This document shows, one piece after another, positions 11,401 through 22,935 of a stretch of 64,000 nt of DNA. A program made the translations under genes and the position numbers. The DNA comes from Adineta vaga (Eukaryota; Animalia; Rotifera), in the NCBI GenBank assembly GCA_021613535.1, contig CP075492.1, positions 15,500,001 to 15,564,000 on the forward strand. Reading direction: 5' to 3'. The notes under the pieces are model-generated. The model was given only the letters and a program-made list of their open reading frames with translations, was not told the origin of the DNA and searched no databases. Each line of letters begins with the position of its first letter. Position 1 is the first letter of the stretch.

Positions 11401-13639
11401 CTTTGTTTATATATCAGATTTATCAGATTTACACTCATCATAGACTATTACCTCATTGGGTCTTGAATATAACAAGATAAGCGATGAAGGACTTTGCCAC
11501 CTCGCCGATGCTCTAACGACTAATCATGTAAGGTGCATACTCTAGTCATTTGTCATAACTACAATATCCTCATTGTTCATAGACGATCATCAGTTTAGGA
11601 TCGTTGGCGGATTCTGTCACACATGAACCATACAGCCGTCTTTTCATTCTCTTGAGAATCAATCAAGTAAGACAAGTTCCGTGATTAACTAACATAACTA
11701 GAAAGTTTATATACTAACTAGACCACCGGTACTACATTAAATCTGGCGTCTTGCAATATTGGCGATGATGGCGCACGTCATCTCGCCAATACTTTGGATA
11801 ACAATTATGTGAGACATATTTCATGCTCCTCTAACTTATCTAGGGCATTTGCACTCATAATAGAAAATAACTACATGGGATCTTCGGACAAATTGGATTC
11901 GTGGTGAAGGCGCGCATCATCTTGCAAACGCCCTTAAGAACAACGAAGTAAGATTGAATCTCTACGCATCGATCCTATAAACAACACTCTTATTCATGAT
12001 AGACTATTACCACTGTAAATTTTGGACGGAATCAAGTGGGAGACGAAGGAGTGGGTTATCTTGCCAATACTTTGGCGACCAATCATGTAAGACGCAGTCT
12101 CTGCACATCCAGAGTATCTAGAACATTTAGACTCATCCTAGACTATCACCATACTAGACCTTCACAAAAATCAAATCAATTCTGAAGGCGCACGTCATCT
12201 TGGTATTAGTTTCAAGAATAATCAAGTGAGATAAGATCTCTGTGCATCAATGCTGTAGTCAATATTCTTATTTATGGTAGACTATGACTACTCTGTATCT
12301 CGGATCCAATCGAATCGGCGACGAAGGAGCACGTTATCTTAGCGATGGTCTAAAGAAGAATCATGTGAGATAAAAATATCTATCATATCTATAATATCCT
12401 GATTCATAATAGGCTATTAGCACTTTGCATCTTGAACGCAACCAGATTGGCAAAGAGGGAGCGAATCATCTGGCTGATGTTCTCAGAAACAATCATGTGA
12501 GCAAAACTCACTACATAGCTTTGTTATCTACAAGATTCTCATTCATCATAGACTATCACAACACTAAATCTTAGTGGCAATACAATCGGCATGGAAGGCG
12601 TGTGTGATCTTAGTAACGCTCTCAAAATCAATCGAGTGAGTCAGTTTCACTACTCTGCTGTAATTTCACTTGTCGAACTCATGATAGACTATCATCACAT
12701 TGGAACTTGGAGACAACCAGATTGGGGATGAAGGAATGTGTCTTCTCAGTGATACTCTAAAAATAAATCAAGTGAGATAACATCAGCAGTTATTTTTCAT
12801 AATTCTAGCATTTTCATACATCATAGACAATCACCAGATTGGATCTATGGTGTAATCAGATTGGTAATAAGGGAATATCTAGTCTTAGTGATGCTCTCAA
12901 GATCAACAAAGTGAGAGAGAAACAGTTCTTGGTGATAAGATACTCATAAATTCTTGTTCGTCACAGACACTCATGATACTACATCTGCAACGAAACAAAA
13001 TCGGTGCTGAAGGAGCGCATTATCTTAGTGATGCTTTGAAAATCAATCAGGTGAGGCAGAATCAGTGATTATCTATCGTATCGAAAACGCTATCATTAAT
13101 CATAGACTATTACTGTATTACATCTTCGCAAAAACCAGTTTGGTGCTGAAGGTACACGTCATCTTAGTGATGCACTGAAGACCAATCAAGTGAGAAAAGA
13201 TCTGTAGTAATGGATCGTGTATGGTAGCTTCTTATATTCATCATAGACAGTGAACACAGTAAACCTCGGGTGTAATCAGATCGGTGATGAGGGTGCACAT
13301 CATCTTGGTGATGCTCTAAAGATCAATCAGGTAAAAGAACATCTTAACTGGTGTACTCTATGTAAATTATTTTTATTCGTTATAGACCATCACCATACTG
13401 AATCTTGATAGTAATGAAATCGGCGATGAAGGAACGTGTTATCTTGGTAATTGTTTAAAAATCAATCAAGTGAGCCAAATTTACTACTTAACCGCTATAT
13501 CTTTTTTTGTTTTCCTTGATTATAGACAATCACTCATCTTTACTTTTGGGGCAATAAAATGGGTGATAAAGGGGCGCGTCATCTTGCGAATATTCTGGGA
13601 ACGAATGTGAAATTAAATAAATCTAAAAACACAAGTTAG
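8478..13639 (+). CDS. F-box + 26 RI/NLRC3-type LRR protein (about 789 aa), one 28-aa LRR per exon
   Basis: Exon 1 (8478-8630) is the F-box, TLPVELMYRILDHL. LRR exons start at 10042, 10181, 10322, 10461, 10602, 10741, 10880, 11022, 11160, 11305, 11444, 11583, 11722, 11864, 12003, 12142, 12281, 12413, 12552, 12688, 12827, 12967, 13106, 13247, 13386 and 13526. All are 84 nt except one of 87 nt and the terminal 114-nt exon. All junctions are phase 0, GT-AG, with no internal stops. Consensus TITTLxLxxNxIGDEGAxxLAxALKxNx. Confidence 0.92.
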
Positions 13640-14142
13640 AAAAGTGAATTTGTAGACTGAATAAAATATCTACAACAAGAAGAAAAAGAAATGAACTACG
13701 ATTGATTACAAAGTGAAAGGAAAATTGGTAGTTATTTATCATAATGATGAGTAAAGATACTATTAGTACAAATGTTGTATTCACTTTATCTGTCGACTGT
13801 ATTTAATAGAATATACTCCTATTACATATATGAGTTTGTCTTAGAATATTGTTTAGTATTGTATGACTAACTGGAAAAGTGACAATATCTTAAGAGCGAA
13901 AACGTTAAAAATTCAATATAGTCAATGAGAACTATTAATTTAGTGAAATTTTAGGAGAACCGAGTAAGTTACGGATGAGTATGAATCTACGTATCTTTGT
14001 ATTCATCCTAGTATCATTAACATGCGATAAAATGAAATTTATTCGTATAGAAATCATTTTTGAAAACAAAAGTATATTTTACAAGAAAAAGAATTCATGA
14101 AAGATTTTTACTTCCAATTAAGAACTGGAAAAGGATTATAAA

Positions 14143-15936
14143 CTACTCGATTTGTTGAGTTTCAATCAATAAATAACTGAATGGTGAAATTGTTAATCGA
14201 AGTAGTTTGGAGGAAACAATATGTTCAAATTGCGAATCGTTAACTTCAAGAATTTTTTCAATTGTTATTTGATTTTCACGATATAAATCTTGCAAAGACA
14301 GATCGATCGTTCGTATTATTGAACTTTTATTCATGATCAAAAACATGGATCGTCTATTCATTAACCGTTTTTCACTGACTAGTAAATCTGGTTCAGTAGT
14401 ATGGAATAGTGTTCGCGTGTCTTGACAGATTCGATAAGGCAATAATCGATGTCCAAGTCGATCAATTAAAAGTCCTATATCTCCAAATTCATCAATAGTA
14501 TTAATTCTTGGTCGATTTACTTTCCGAACGCCTGCTTGTTCAGAACCATGATAGATAAATGTCGAATTTCGACTATAAAATTCAGTCAATGCATATATCA
14601 TGCGAGCAAACAAAGGATTATCAATTGGTGAACCATCATCATGATCTTCAACTAAAGGAATTAGACGATTGAGATATTGTTGAGTTTGTTCACGATATTG
14701 AATAAAACTAACAAGCCATTCAAATTTATAGTTCAGATCTTGAATTCGTTTAAATTCCTCACGCATAGGAAAATCATAGAAAAATGTATTTGATGAATCG
14801 TAAAGACTTTCGAGAGTTCCTTGTATGAATTTTGCAAGAGCATGAGAATTACTTATATAGACTTCCCAAATGAATTTGATCGAACGATTCAATTTCATCA
14901 ATGAATAATTATTTAGTTGATTTGAAAATTCGATAAGAAATTCAGCAGGCATATGTTTTGCAGCATCAATTCTAAATGTCGTCACTTTCATATCAATAAA
15001 TTTCTTATAACTATTCAGTAAATAACTTCGAATCTGAGAATTGTCTTTGCGAAGTGTTGGTAAATCGAATAATGGATAATGAGACAATTGTTCACGATAT
15101 TGTAGAAGATTCATTACATCTAAACTTTCGTTAATTTTCCAATTTAATTCTTCGTGATGATTATATGTGGATTGAATATTAGGAACGATGACAAAATAAT
15201 TCGGATCTGAAGTTAACACTTTTTTACCATTTAAAATCACTTCATCAGCATAACCAAAATGATTAAGAACGGTATCAATAGCAATATCAATTCTATATCT
15301 GTGTGCTTCTTTAACTAGCTGTTCAAATATAATTTCTCCACCTAGAACAGGATCAATTTTTCCATGATCACTTGGCCAATATCCATGATCGTTTAAAGCA
15401 AACATAGGAGGCGCTGCTGCAGTTTGCGGTTGAGGTGGACTAAGCCATAAAGTATTGATACCTAGTTTTTTAAATTTCGGCAAGAGATTAATAATATCAT
15501 TGAAAACAGTTGTTTTTCCATCGAATGCTCGTAAAAGTAAAAAATACATCTTTAAATTTGAATGGTAATCTTTATCTTTTTCAAACTGCATTATCATATT
15601 CGATTGATGACGATGATGACAGTTTTCATTCATTTTCGTATATTCATATACAGAGAAAAACCATTTGAAAACATATTGAAAATGCTTGATTATATCTTGA
15701 TATGATGTAAATACAGTGAGCTCGAAAATATGTCCATATATTATGACGATAGTAGAAAAGTTCTGTTGCTTTGTTGGACTAGAATTTGCTTCCGAAGATA
15801 TCCATTTGATTTGAATGTTTTTCATCTTGCAATCAAAATCTATGATCTTTTGTATTCTAGAGATTTTATATTGAACAGTTCGATAATCGGAGTTTGCTAT
15901 TAGTTTCATCTTCACTTCAATGGAGAAAGTAGTCAA
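14143..15936 (-). CDS. GH13 alpha-amylase family enzyme, microbial-like, intronless (true start probably downstream, e.g. Met at 15549 or the MNENC Met)
   Basis: LWLSPP, HGYWPSD, IDPVLG, DTVLNH (region I), FRIDAAKH (nucleophile Asp), WEVY (acid Glu), VEDHD (stabiliser Asp). Confidence 0.88.
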   Translation of the reverse strand: MTTFSIEVKMKLIANSDYRTVQYKISRIQKIIDFDCKMKNIQIKWISSEANSSPTKQQNFSTIVIIYGHIFELTVFTSYQDIIKHFQYVFKWFFSVYEYTKMNENCHHRHQSNMIMQFEKDKDYHSNLKMYFLLLRAFDGKTTVFNDIINLLPKFKKLGINTLWLSPPQPQTAAAPPMFALNDHGYWPSDHGKIDPVLGGEIIFEQLVKEAHRYRIDIAIDTVLNHFGYADEVILNGKKVLTSDPNYFVIVPNIQSTYNHHEELNWKINESLDVMNLLQYREQLSHYPLFDLPTLRKDNSQIRSYLLNSYKKFIDMKVTTFRIDAAKHMPAEFLIEFSNQLNNYSLMKLNRSIKFIWEVYISNSHALAKFIQGTLESLYDSSNTFFYDFPMREEFKRIQDLNYKFEWLVSFIQYREQTQQYLNRLIPLVEDHDDGSPIDNPLFARMIYALTEFYSRNSTFIYHGSEQAGVRKVNRPRINTIDEFGDIGLLIDRLGHRLLPYRICQDTRTLFHTTEPDLLVSEKRLMNRRSMFLIMNKSSIIRTIDLSLQDLYRENQITIEKILEVNDSQFEHIVSSKLLRLTISPFSYLLIETQQIE

Positions 15937-16387
15937 TAGAAAGAAACGTAAATAATACGATATGAACCTTTTAAACCTATATACTTATCTTAAATAAAAC
16001 AAAAGAAGAACTAAATATGACAAATGTTGATATCGCTTTATGATATAATAGCATCTAAATTGAACATTCAATGACACTCAATTTCAAATAGGTAATGTTC
16101 GACTCTAATTACAAAGAAAGTACTTTCATTTTCCAAATTTTTAATCCAAAAAGTTGATAATATCTCTCAGTTAAGCATCTGTCAACAGTTTCTGTATTTT
16201 ATAAAAACGATAATCATATGATCTATCTGTATTAATGACAATATAAGCTTTTCTATTTCTCATCATAACTAAATCAGTAATATTATATATTAAATAACAA
16301 TCATCTTACTTACTACATTGCACTTGTCTATAAACATATAAAATATTTATCTCAGACGTAATTTTCATTCGTAATTAATTATCATGA

Positions 16388-16411
16388 ATAACAATAATAA
16401 TAATAATAATA
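16388..16411. repeat. (AAT)n microsatellite
   Basis: aataacaataataataataataat. Confidence 0.7.
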
Positions 16412-16588
16412 GGTACACTTATAATATTGAAATAAACTGATTTTAAATACTATAAGTGCAACCAATTGTATCTATTCGAATTACAAATGAAAAAGAATGA
16501 AGTCATTCTATTCCTATATATACATTTAGTTATGAAAAGCAGTCCGCATGTCATCTCATATCATCGCTTTATCGCACTCGTCGTACTT

Positions 16589-16777
16589 CGTACTTTTATG
16601 TCTGCAATAGCAATGCACTATTATGCATCATGGCGTACTTTTATGTCTGCAATAGCAATGCGCTATTATGCATCATGGCGTACTTTTATGTCTGCAATAG
16701 CAATGCACTATTATGCATCATGGCGTACTTTTATGTCTGCAATAGCAATGCACTATTATGCATCATGGCGTACTTTT
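16589..16777. repeat. Minisatellite, 45-bp unit x4.2
   Basis: CGTACTTTTATGTCTGCAATAGCAATGCACTATTATGCATCATGG at 16589, 16634, 16679 and 16724, plus a partial unit. One substitution in unit 2. Confidence 0.95.
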
Positions 16778-18660
16778 CTGTTCTTTCGATGAATCATGGG
16801 TTAATTTAATCTTCAAATAGGAATATATTTTTAATCTATATAGCAAAAAATTCTTGAAACATACTCTCATACATGATATTTACTCCCGAAAATCAACAAC
16901 CAACATTTTAAATAAAACGAAAATTTCTAGTCTTTCGCGTTAGTCGTTTAAATTCAACACGAGAAGATCGAATTAAAATCATCAAGATATTCAATATACA
17001 AGCGAGAGAATCTATCAGTTTACGTTGAATACATTGCATCTATAACCATCGGTATGATCATTAAGTTTATTGTCACAATAGAGTTTGTCTATATACAACT
17101 GATAGAAAAACAAGCTTTCAAGCATTTTTAGTAATAGAACATTTCTTAAAGTATCTTTATTAAATTTTCTCAGAGTCAGTTTTCCATTGAAAGCACTCAC
17201 TTGTGATCCTGTATAAACATAGGCAAGGAAAATGCCATAGAGTACGCTTACTTGATCTTGTCAGTTACTATAGTAATTTAATGGATATTATGTGTTTTAT
17301 GTTTTTTATATATTGTTGAAAGCATTTATTGAAAGTCGATTTTTTTAATAACTATATGTTCATATGTAACAATCTGAGTGTGATAGGGTATAATATATAA
17401 CCTAAATAAATTGTTAGACGTGGTATTCGTTCAAATAAATGTGAGTCCATAGACTGAATAGAAAAATATCCACATCTACGTAGCGAAAAAAAGGAATGCA
17501 TGATGATTGATTGTAAAGGGGAAAGAGCATTTGAGAGAACAATGTAAGGCTTCTCATGACTTATCAAGAGTGCTGTAAAAGAAAATTATATACATGTTGT
17601 AGAAGATTTCTATTGTATTTTTCATTTTCAATGAGGTTGTTCTGATATTGTCAGTGTAACTTACTAGTAATTTAGATATATTTGTCAATAAGTCTTTGTA
17701 GATTGCTTTTGTGTTATAGCACGTCGTCTGAATCTCTATGTTTGCAAACAATCGAAAACGTTTTTCACGTGAAAAATTTATAAATAATTTTTCAATATAA
17801 TATGACAGATGCTTCATCAATAAGTCGTAAAAATAATAATGCAGATAGATTTTTGAGAAAATTTAAGGTTATAAATCGATAAAAAATAGACTGATCATAT
17901 AACTCAACGACAACAGACAATCCTGATTTTACATTCATAACAATACTCCAGAGATTCGTAAACACAAATATAAATTCTACTGTGAGTTTTCTCATGAACA
18001 ATATCTATCAGATGCTATTGTATTCACTAATTTTGTACTGTCGTATGGTCACCTATATGGTTACTTATTGAACTTTGATCTATTTCATTTACTTGTCAGA
18101 TTTTTAAATCAGTCCATATCAATATAGAAATATTTATTTGGTATATTATCTTAAAGCAATTTTTTTCGTACCGCAGTGTAACTGGAAATCATCAGAATCG
18201 TCAAAAACGAGCAACACAAACACCCTCATTTTAGCGACCTTCCCAATATGATACTATACGTGGTTGAGAAAACTTAGTTGTTCTAACTTTTCTCTATTAA
18301 AAACCGAAAATTTTTTATATCTGGAAAATCCTAATATCTGATAGTACACGCTAATCGATTCTAGGTTTTCTAGACGCATAGTATGTCAGTACATGACAGT
18401 CCAAAGTTATAGATTGTAGTATTATCTGATGGACAGATTCCTTTGAAAAATCCACACTACAATTTGTACTCGTATTTGTGCAGTCCTCCAATACTCTGTC
18501 TCGAGATTGTTTAGCAATTTCGCCGAATTTTTTTTTCTTCTACACCACGAGTAGGAAGAAGAACGATGGTTTACAGAAAAAAACGACAATTCTTTGCATT
18601 TTCTTCGATATATATTTTGTAAGACTGACGAAGTAAAACTTAATTTCATTCATACGCGAC

Positions 18661-21600
18661 ATGGCAACTGAGAGTAAAGATGAAAAAGATTTGAAAGAAT
18701 GTATTCAATTAATGATTGATGCTGTTTCTAATACAATCAATCAATCACAGGAAGAAAATGAAGCTCAGCAATTACTCAACGATCTACGACAACAAATTAG
18801 AACCATTCTGGATAAATCTATTTCCTCATTATCAACACAATGTCGAAATTTTCTCTTAAATATTCTCTATGAATATCATTATAGTGACAAAGATAAAACG
18901 TTATCCGATTCGTTTACGAACGATCTGTTAGATTCATTTTTACAAGAACTACAAGGTCGATCAAAATCTCTTGATGTCTTTCACGCTGCATGGAACGGTG
19001 ATCAAACGATTGTCGGAGAATTTATTGAAAATTATCCACAATTAGCGGGCAAAACTGGTCTCTATGGAACTACTCTTCTCTATTCAGCAGCTCGAAATAA
19101 TCATGTCGATTTAGTTAAGTATCTCGTTGAAGAAGCGGGATGTTCTGTAAATGTTCAAAATGTGGAATATTATCAAAAAGGCCAACCAATTACTACAAAA
19201 AAAGCAGCTATTGGTTCAACACCATTGCATGTTGCTTGTTATCAAGGACATTTAGATGTTGTCATTTACTTAATTTCACATAGTGGCGATTATTATATAT
19301 TAAACAATGCCAATGAAACGCCTGTCGACAATGGAAATCACAAGTACAATATTCGACAATTTTTCAAAGAATTTTTAGTCAGCGGTTATTCAACAAATTT
19401 ATCCAATCATCCAAAGAAAAAAATTCTCGACGAAATCAATTCTCAAGCAAATGTAATAACCGATTGTATCTGGGAATATAAACCAATAGCAATGGAACAA
19501 TGGATTTCTTTTCCATCAGATATATCGAATCAACTTCAAGGATCATTAATAAATGAACCATTTGAACAGCAAATTCGTTTAAAAGCAGGTCGAGATCGTT
19601 TCTATGTTTCAATGACAAGATTTCTACGACTAGGACCAGATCCTGATCAAGCTGAAAATTCTGCTTGGATTCGTTGTCGTGGTTCATCACTTTTAAATTT
19701 TCGGTGTTATGCTCAATGGCAAATAATGTTTACTAGACATCCAACAGGTACTATAAATCCATCACCATGCATAGAAATACTTGATATGACATCAGGTGAT
19801 AATATTCAATTTAATTCATGGTATACTGTTGATGATCAAATTAATTTAATATTAGAAACAGCGATGAATTATCGAAGACGATATGTTAATGTCTGCTTGG
19901 GCATCCTTGAAGGTGAACAAATTACATTTGATCTCGAGACTTTCTCATTTGTCGATAAACAAAATACAATCGAAGGTTTCTTAAGATGGATACCAAAATT
20001 AATATCGGATATGACAGATTTATCACCTATTGATAATTTCGAATTAACTAATGATTCAGGTGTTTTATTACTTACTACAGCACGAATCAAACAAGCACAA
20101 ATTGATGAAGTTATTTCGTCCGATGAAATGCGTTATTACTATGAATTAATCTATGAAAATGCCTTTCAAGTTGATGATTTAGACTTTTCACATACGGTTG
20201 TAGAAGAATTTATTTAATACAGAGATCGACTAGTTTTTTTTCTACTTTTAGCAAGAAGAAAGTAAAATTGAATCGAATAATTTAATAAGAGTTATTCAAG
20301 GAGATCTATTAATGGAAACGGTAAGTTTAATTATGTAGAAAATCTCTGAAAATGATGATAAATTGTATAGATGGATGTCATTGTTGTTTGTTCATTCTCG
20401 AAATATTTGATGGACAGTGTTTTCAAAGTTGGTGGAAAATCATTGAAATCTGCTTTTGATAAAAAAACGAAAGAGGAGGAAAAACATTCCGTGATTAGTA
20501 TTCCAGCAGAAGGTTCATTCAAATGTAAAGTCATTTATTTTGTTCCATGGCAACCAAATTCGGATGAAAATCGACTGTGTCAATCGATTGAACAATTAGT
20601 CAAGCATGTGATTAGAAAAGCAGCAAGTGAAAGTTTTCAAAGTATTGCTTTTCCTGCCATTGGTTGTGGAGGCTTTAAATGTTCAACGAGTCTTATAGCT
20701 AAGACATTGATTAATCAATGTCAACAATCGCTGACGAAATATCCTTTATCGATTGTATTTGTTATTCAATCTGACAAGACTGATATCTATGAAGAGTTTC
20801 GACAACATATTGGTTTATCTAAACATGGACAAACAACAGTCAAAGAACCACCAATATCATTAAAGATTGTCAATGGAATAATCGAAGTGAAAAAAGATGA
20901 TATTACAAAACAAAAAGTAAGTATTTCTAATACCAGATTCATTCATATCTTGTGATTGTTTTTCCTGCAGGTTGATGTTATTATTGGTTGTTCATCATCA
21001 GAAAACTTAAGACACATTTTATTGAAAGCAGCTGGTGATCACGCTCTAACTGTTTACAATAAAGAACACATGGCTAATACCAATGCATCGGTTATTATCA
21101 TTCCACCAGGTCATTTACATTGTAATAAAATCTTCTTTTTCAAATGGGAACCAAATAAAAATAAAAATATTCTTCAACAATCTATAATTGATCTCATATC
21201 AAATGTAGTTCAACATGTGAACTCGCATAAATATACTTCCATTGCATTTCCTGCTATTGGTTGTGGTGAACATGCTTGTTCAGTTGATATTGTTGTTAAA
21301 ACTATGGTTAGAGAAATGAAACAACAAATGGAAAAGCATGGATTATCATGGACAGTAAAATTCATCATACATCCAAGTCAACAAAATGTATATGATGAAT
21401 TTTGTAAACAACTTTTATCCTCAGATCATACGCCCAACGATTATCGATCACCTTCAACATGGGAACGTTGCGACGATGACGAACAATTTCGTTTTATTGT
21501 ACCAAAAGATACCGATGAATATCGACAAATTATTGGTAAATTTCATGAACAAATGGAAGAATACTACACTGAAATTGTCCAATTAGAACGCATTCAAAAT

Positions 21601-22054
21601 GAACGATGGTATATGCAATATATTGCACATAAAAAAGAATTCAAAAAACGTTTAGGTATCGATACAGAAAAACGTCTGTATCATGGTTGTCCAGAAGAAC
21701 CAGCGGATGCAATCATTCGAGATTGTTTTAATCGAAGTTATGCTGGTGTTAATGGTAACTTTAATTTATTAGTAAAAGTTCACTGATATGTATGAATTGA
21801 TTTTAGGTACATTGTATGGTTTTGGAGTTTATTTTTCATCGCGAGCAACTTACAGTCATAGTTATGCGGTATCCAATGAAAATGGTGAACATTTTATGTT
21901 TGTTTGTCGTGTTTTAGCTGGAAAAATTACGAAAGGAGATTCTTCAATGAAAGTTCGGCCAGTTGGATTTGACTCAACAACAGATGGAATTCATATGACT
22001 GTTACTTATCATGATGCTCAAGCTTATGCTGAATACTTAATAACCTATCGATAA
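18661..22054 (+). CDS. Ankyrin + WWE-like + 2 macrodomain + PARP catalytic protein (macro-PARP-like mono-ART, about 1060 aa); exons 18661-20196, 20252-20320, 20371-20916, 20971-21754, 21807-22054
   Basis: ANK repeats (TLLYSAARNNHVDLVKYLV, TPLHVACYQGHLDVVIYLI). WWE-like IWEYK..EQWISFP and WQIMF...WYTVD. Two macro SIAFPAIGCG motifs. PARP core PSTW, RIQNERW, LYHGC, FNRSYAG, YGFGVYF, QAYAEYLITY. Introns of 50-55 nt join all ORFs in frame. Confidence 0.9.
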
Positions 22055-22279
22055 AAACAAACAATAACTATTTTCATTCTTTACTTAATCAAGATTTTTG
22101 AATGCAAACATTTTTCTCTTTTTTATCAAAAAATAAATCTAGTGAATCACTGAAAGAGTATTCGAAATGATTATCCAACACAGGCAAACTATCTTTGTTT
22201 TTTCTCTTCTCTTTTACTATATACATGCCACTTTTATTTCTTTCCATCTTCATTCAAACTTCACTTCAACCTCATAGCA

Positions 22280-22817
22280 CTTCTATATGGATAACAGATC
22301 GAAGGTATTATTATGTTTCTATTCTCAACTAGCATGTTACAAATATGTATATATTTTGAACTTCTTTGAAAATTTAAAACATATTTATCTATTATTGGAT
22401 CATATACGACTCATTATCCAATATTAATATTTCAAAATTTGTCTTTAATATTTCTTGTTCAACTCTTTCTAAATTATCTGTTCATGTTAAAGTCTTCTGA
22501 AGGTTGTCTTAGTTTGCTCGATGGTCGACTTATAAACAATTAAATAATCTTAATATAATTGTTAAATATTCTCATCTAATGCTACTTGATATTCGAGATG
22601 TTCATATGGATTATATTGATCAATTTCTAAATGATACAAAAAATCATTTTTACCTTCTTTAGTTGAATTAACAATTGATTATAATGTATTCAGATTTGTT
22701 ACAGAAGATTTTACACGAAATGAAATACGATACAATTGTCGTAATGTGAAAAAAATAAATATGACAGAAACAAATGTTCAATCGAAAGGTTTCTTTATTT
22801 ATTTTCTTTTGTTATAA
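22280..22817 (+). pseudogene. Internally deleted F-box/LRR-like family remnant (paralog of 3692-5055)
   Basis: CLSLLDGRL, then IVKYSHLMLLDIRDVHMDYIDQFLNDTK/LPSLVELTIDY...DFTRNEIRYNC, which aligns with the 4789-5055 ORF. Frameshift near 22650. Confidence 0.65.
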
Positions 22818-22935
22818 CTTAGTTTTGTTTTTGAAATAAATTGAAAACAAATTGCATAAAAATTGATAAGAGCAAATCAAATCAAAAAGAGATATTCTCA
22901 CCGGTGCTTACACCTACGCATCGAGATGACTCCGA

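Noticed and set aside
10042-13525. Regular 139-bp periodicity read as CRISPR or satellite DNA
   Set aside because: Fully explained by LRR exons plus GT-AG introns.
16466-16792. Repeat ORF (WRTFMSAIAMHYYAS)n, or a CRISPR-like array
   Set aside because: Units are contiguous with no unique spacers; the ORF is a by-product of a 45-bp stop-free minisatellite.
17015-18001. Several short minus-strand ORFs, possible F-box-family remnant
   Set aside because: No diagnostic motif could be identified.
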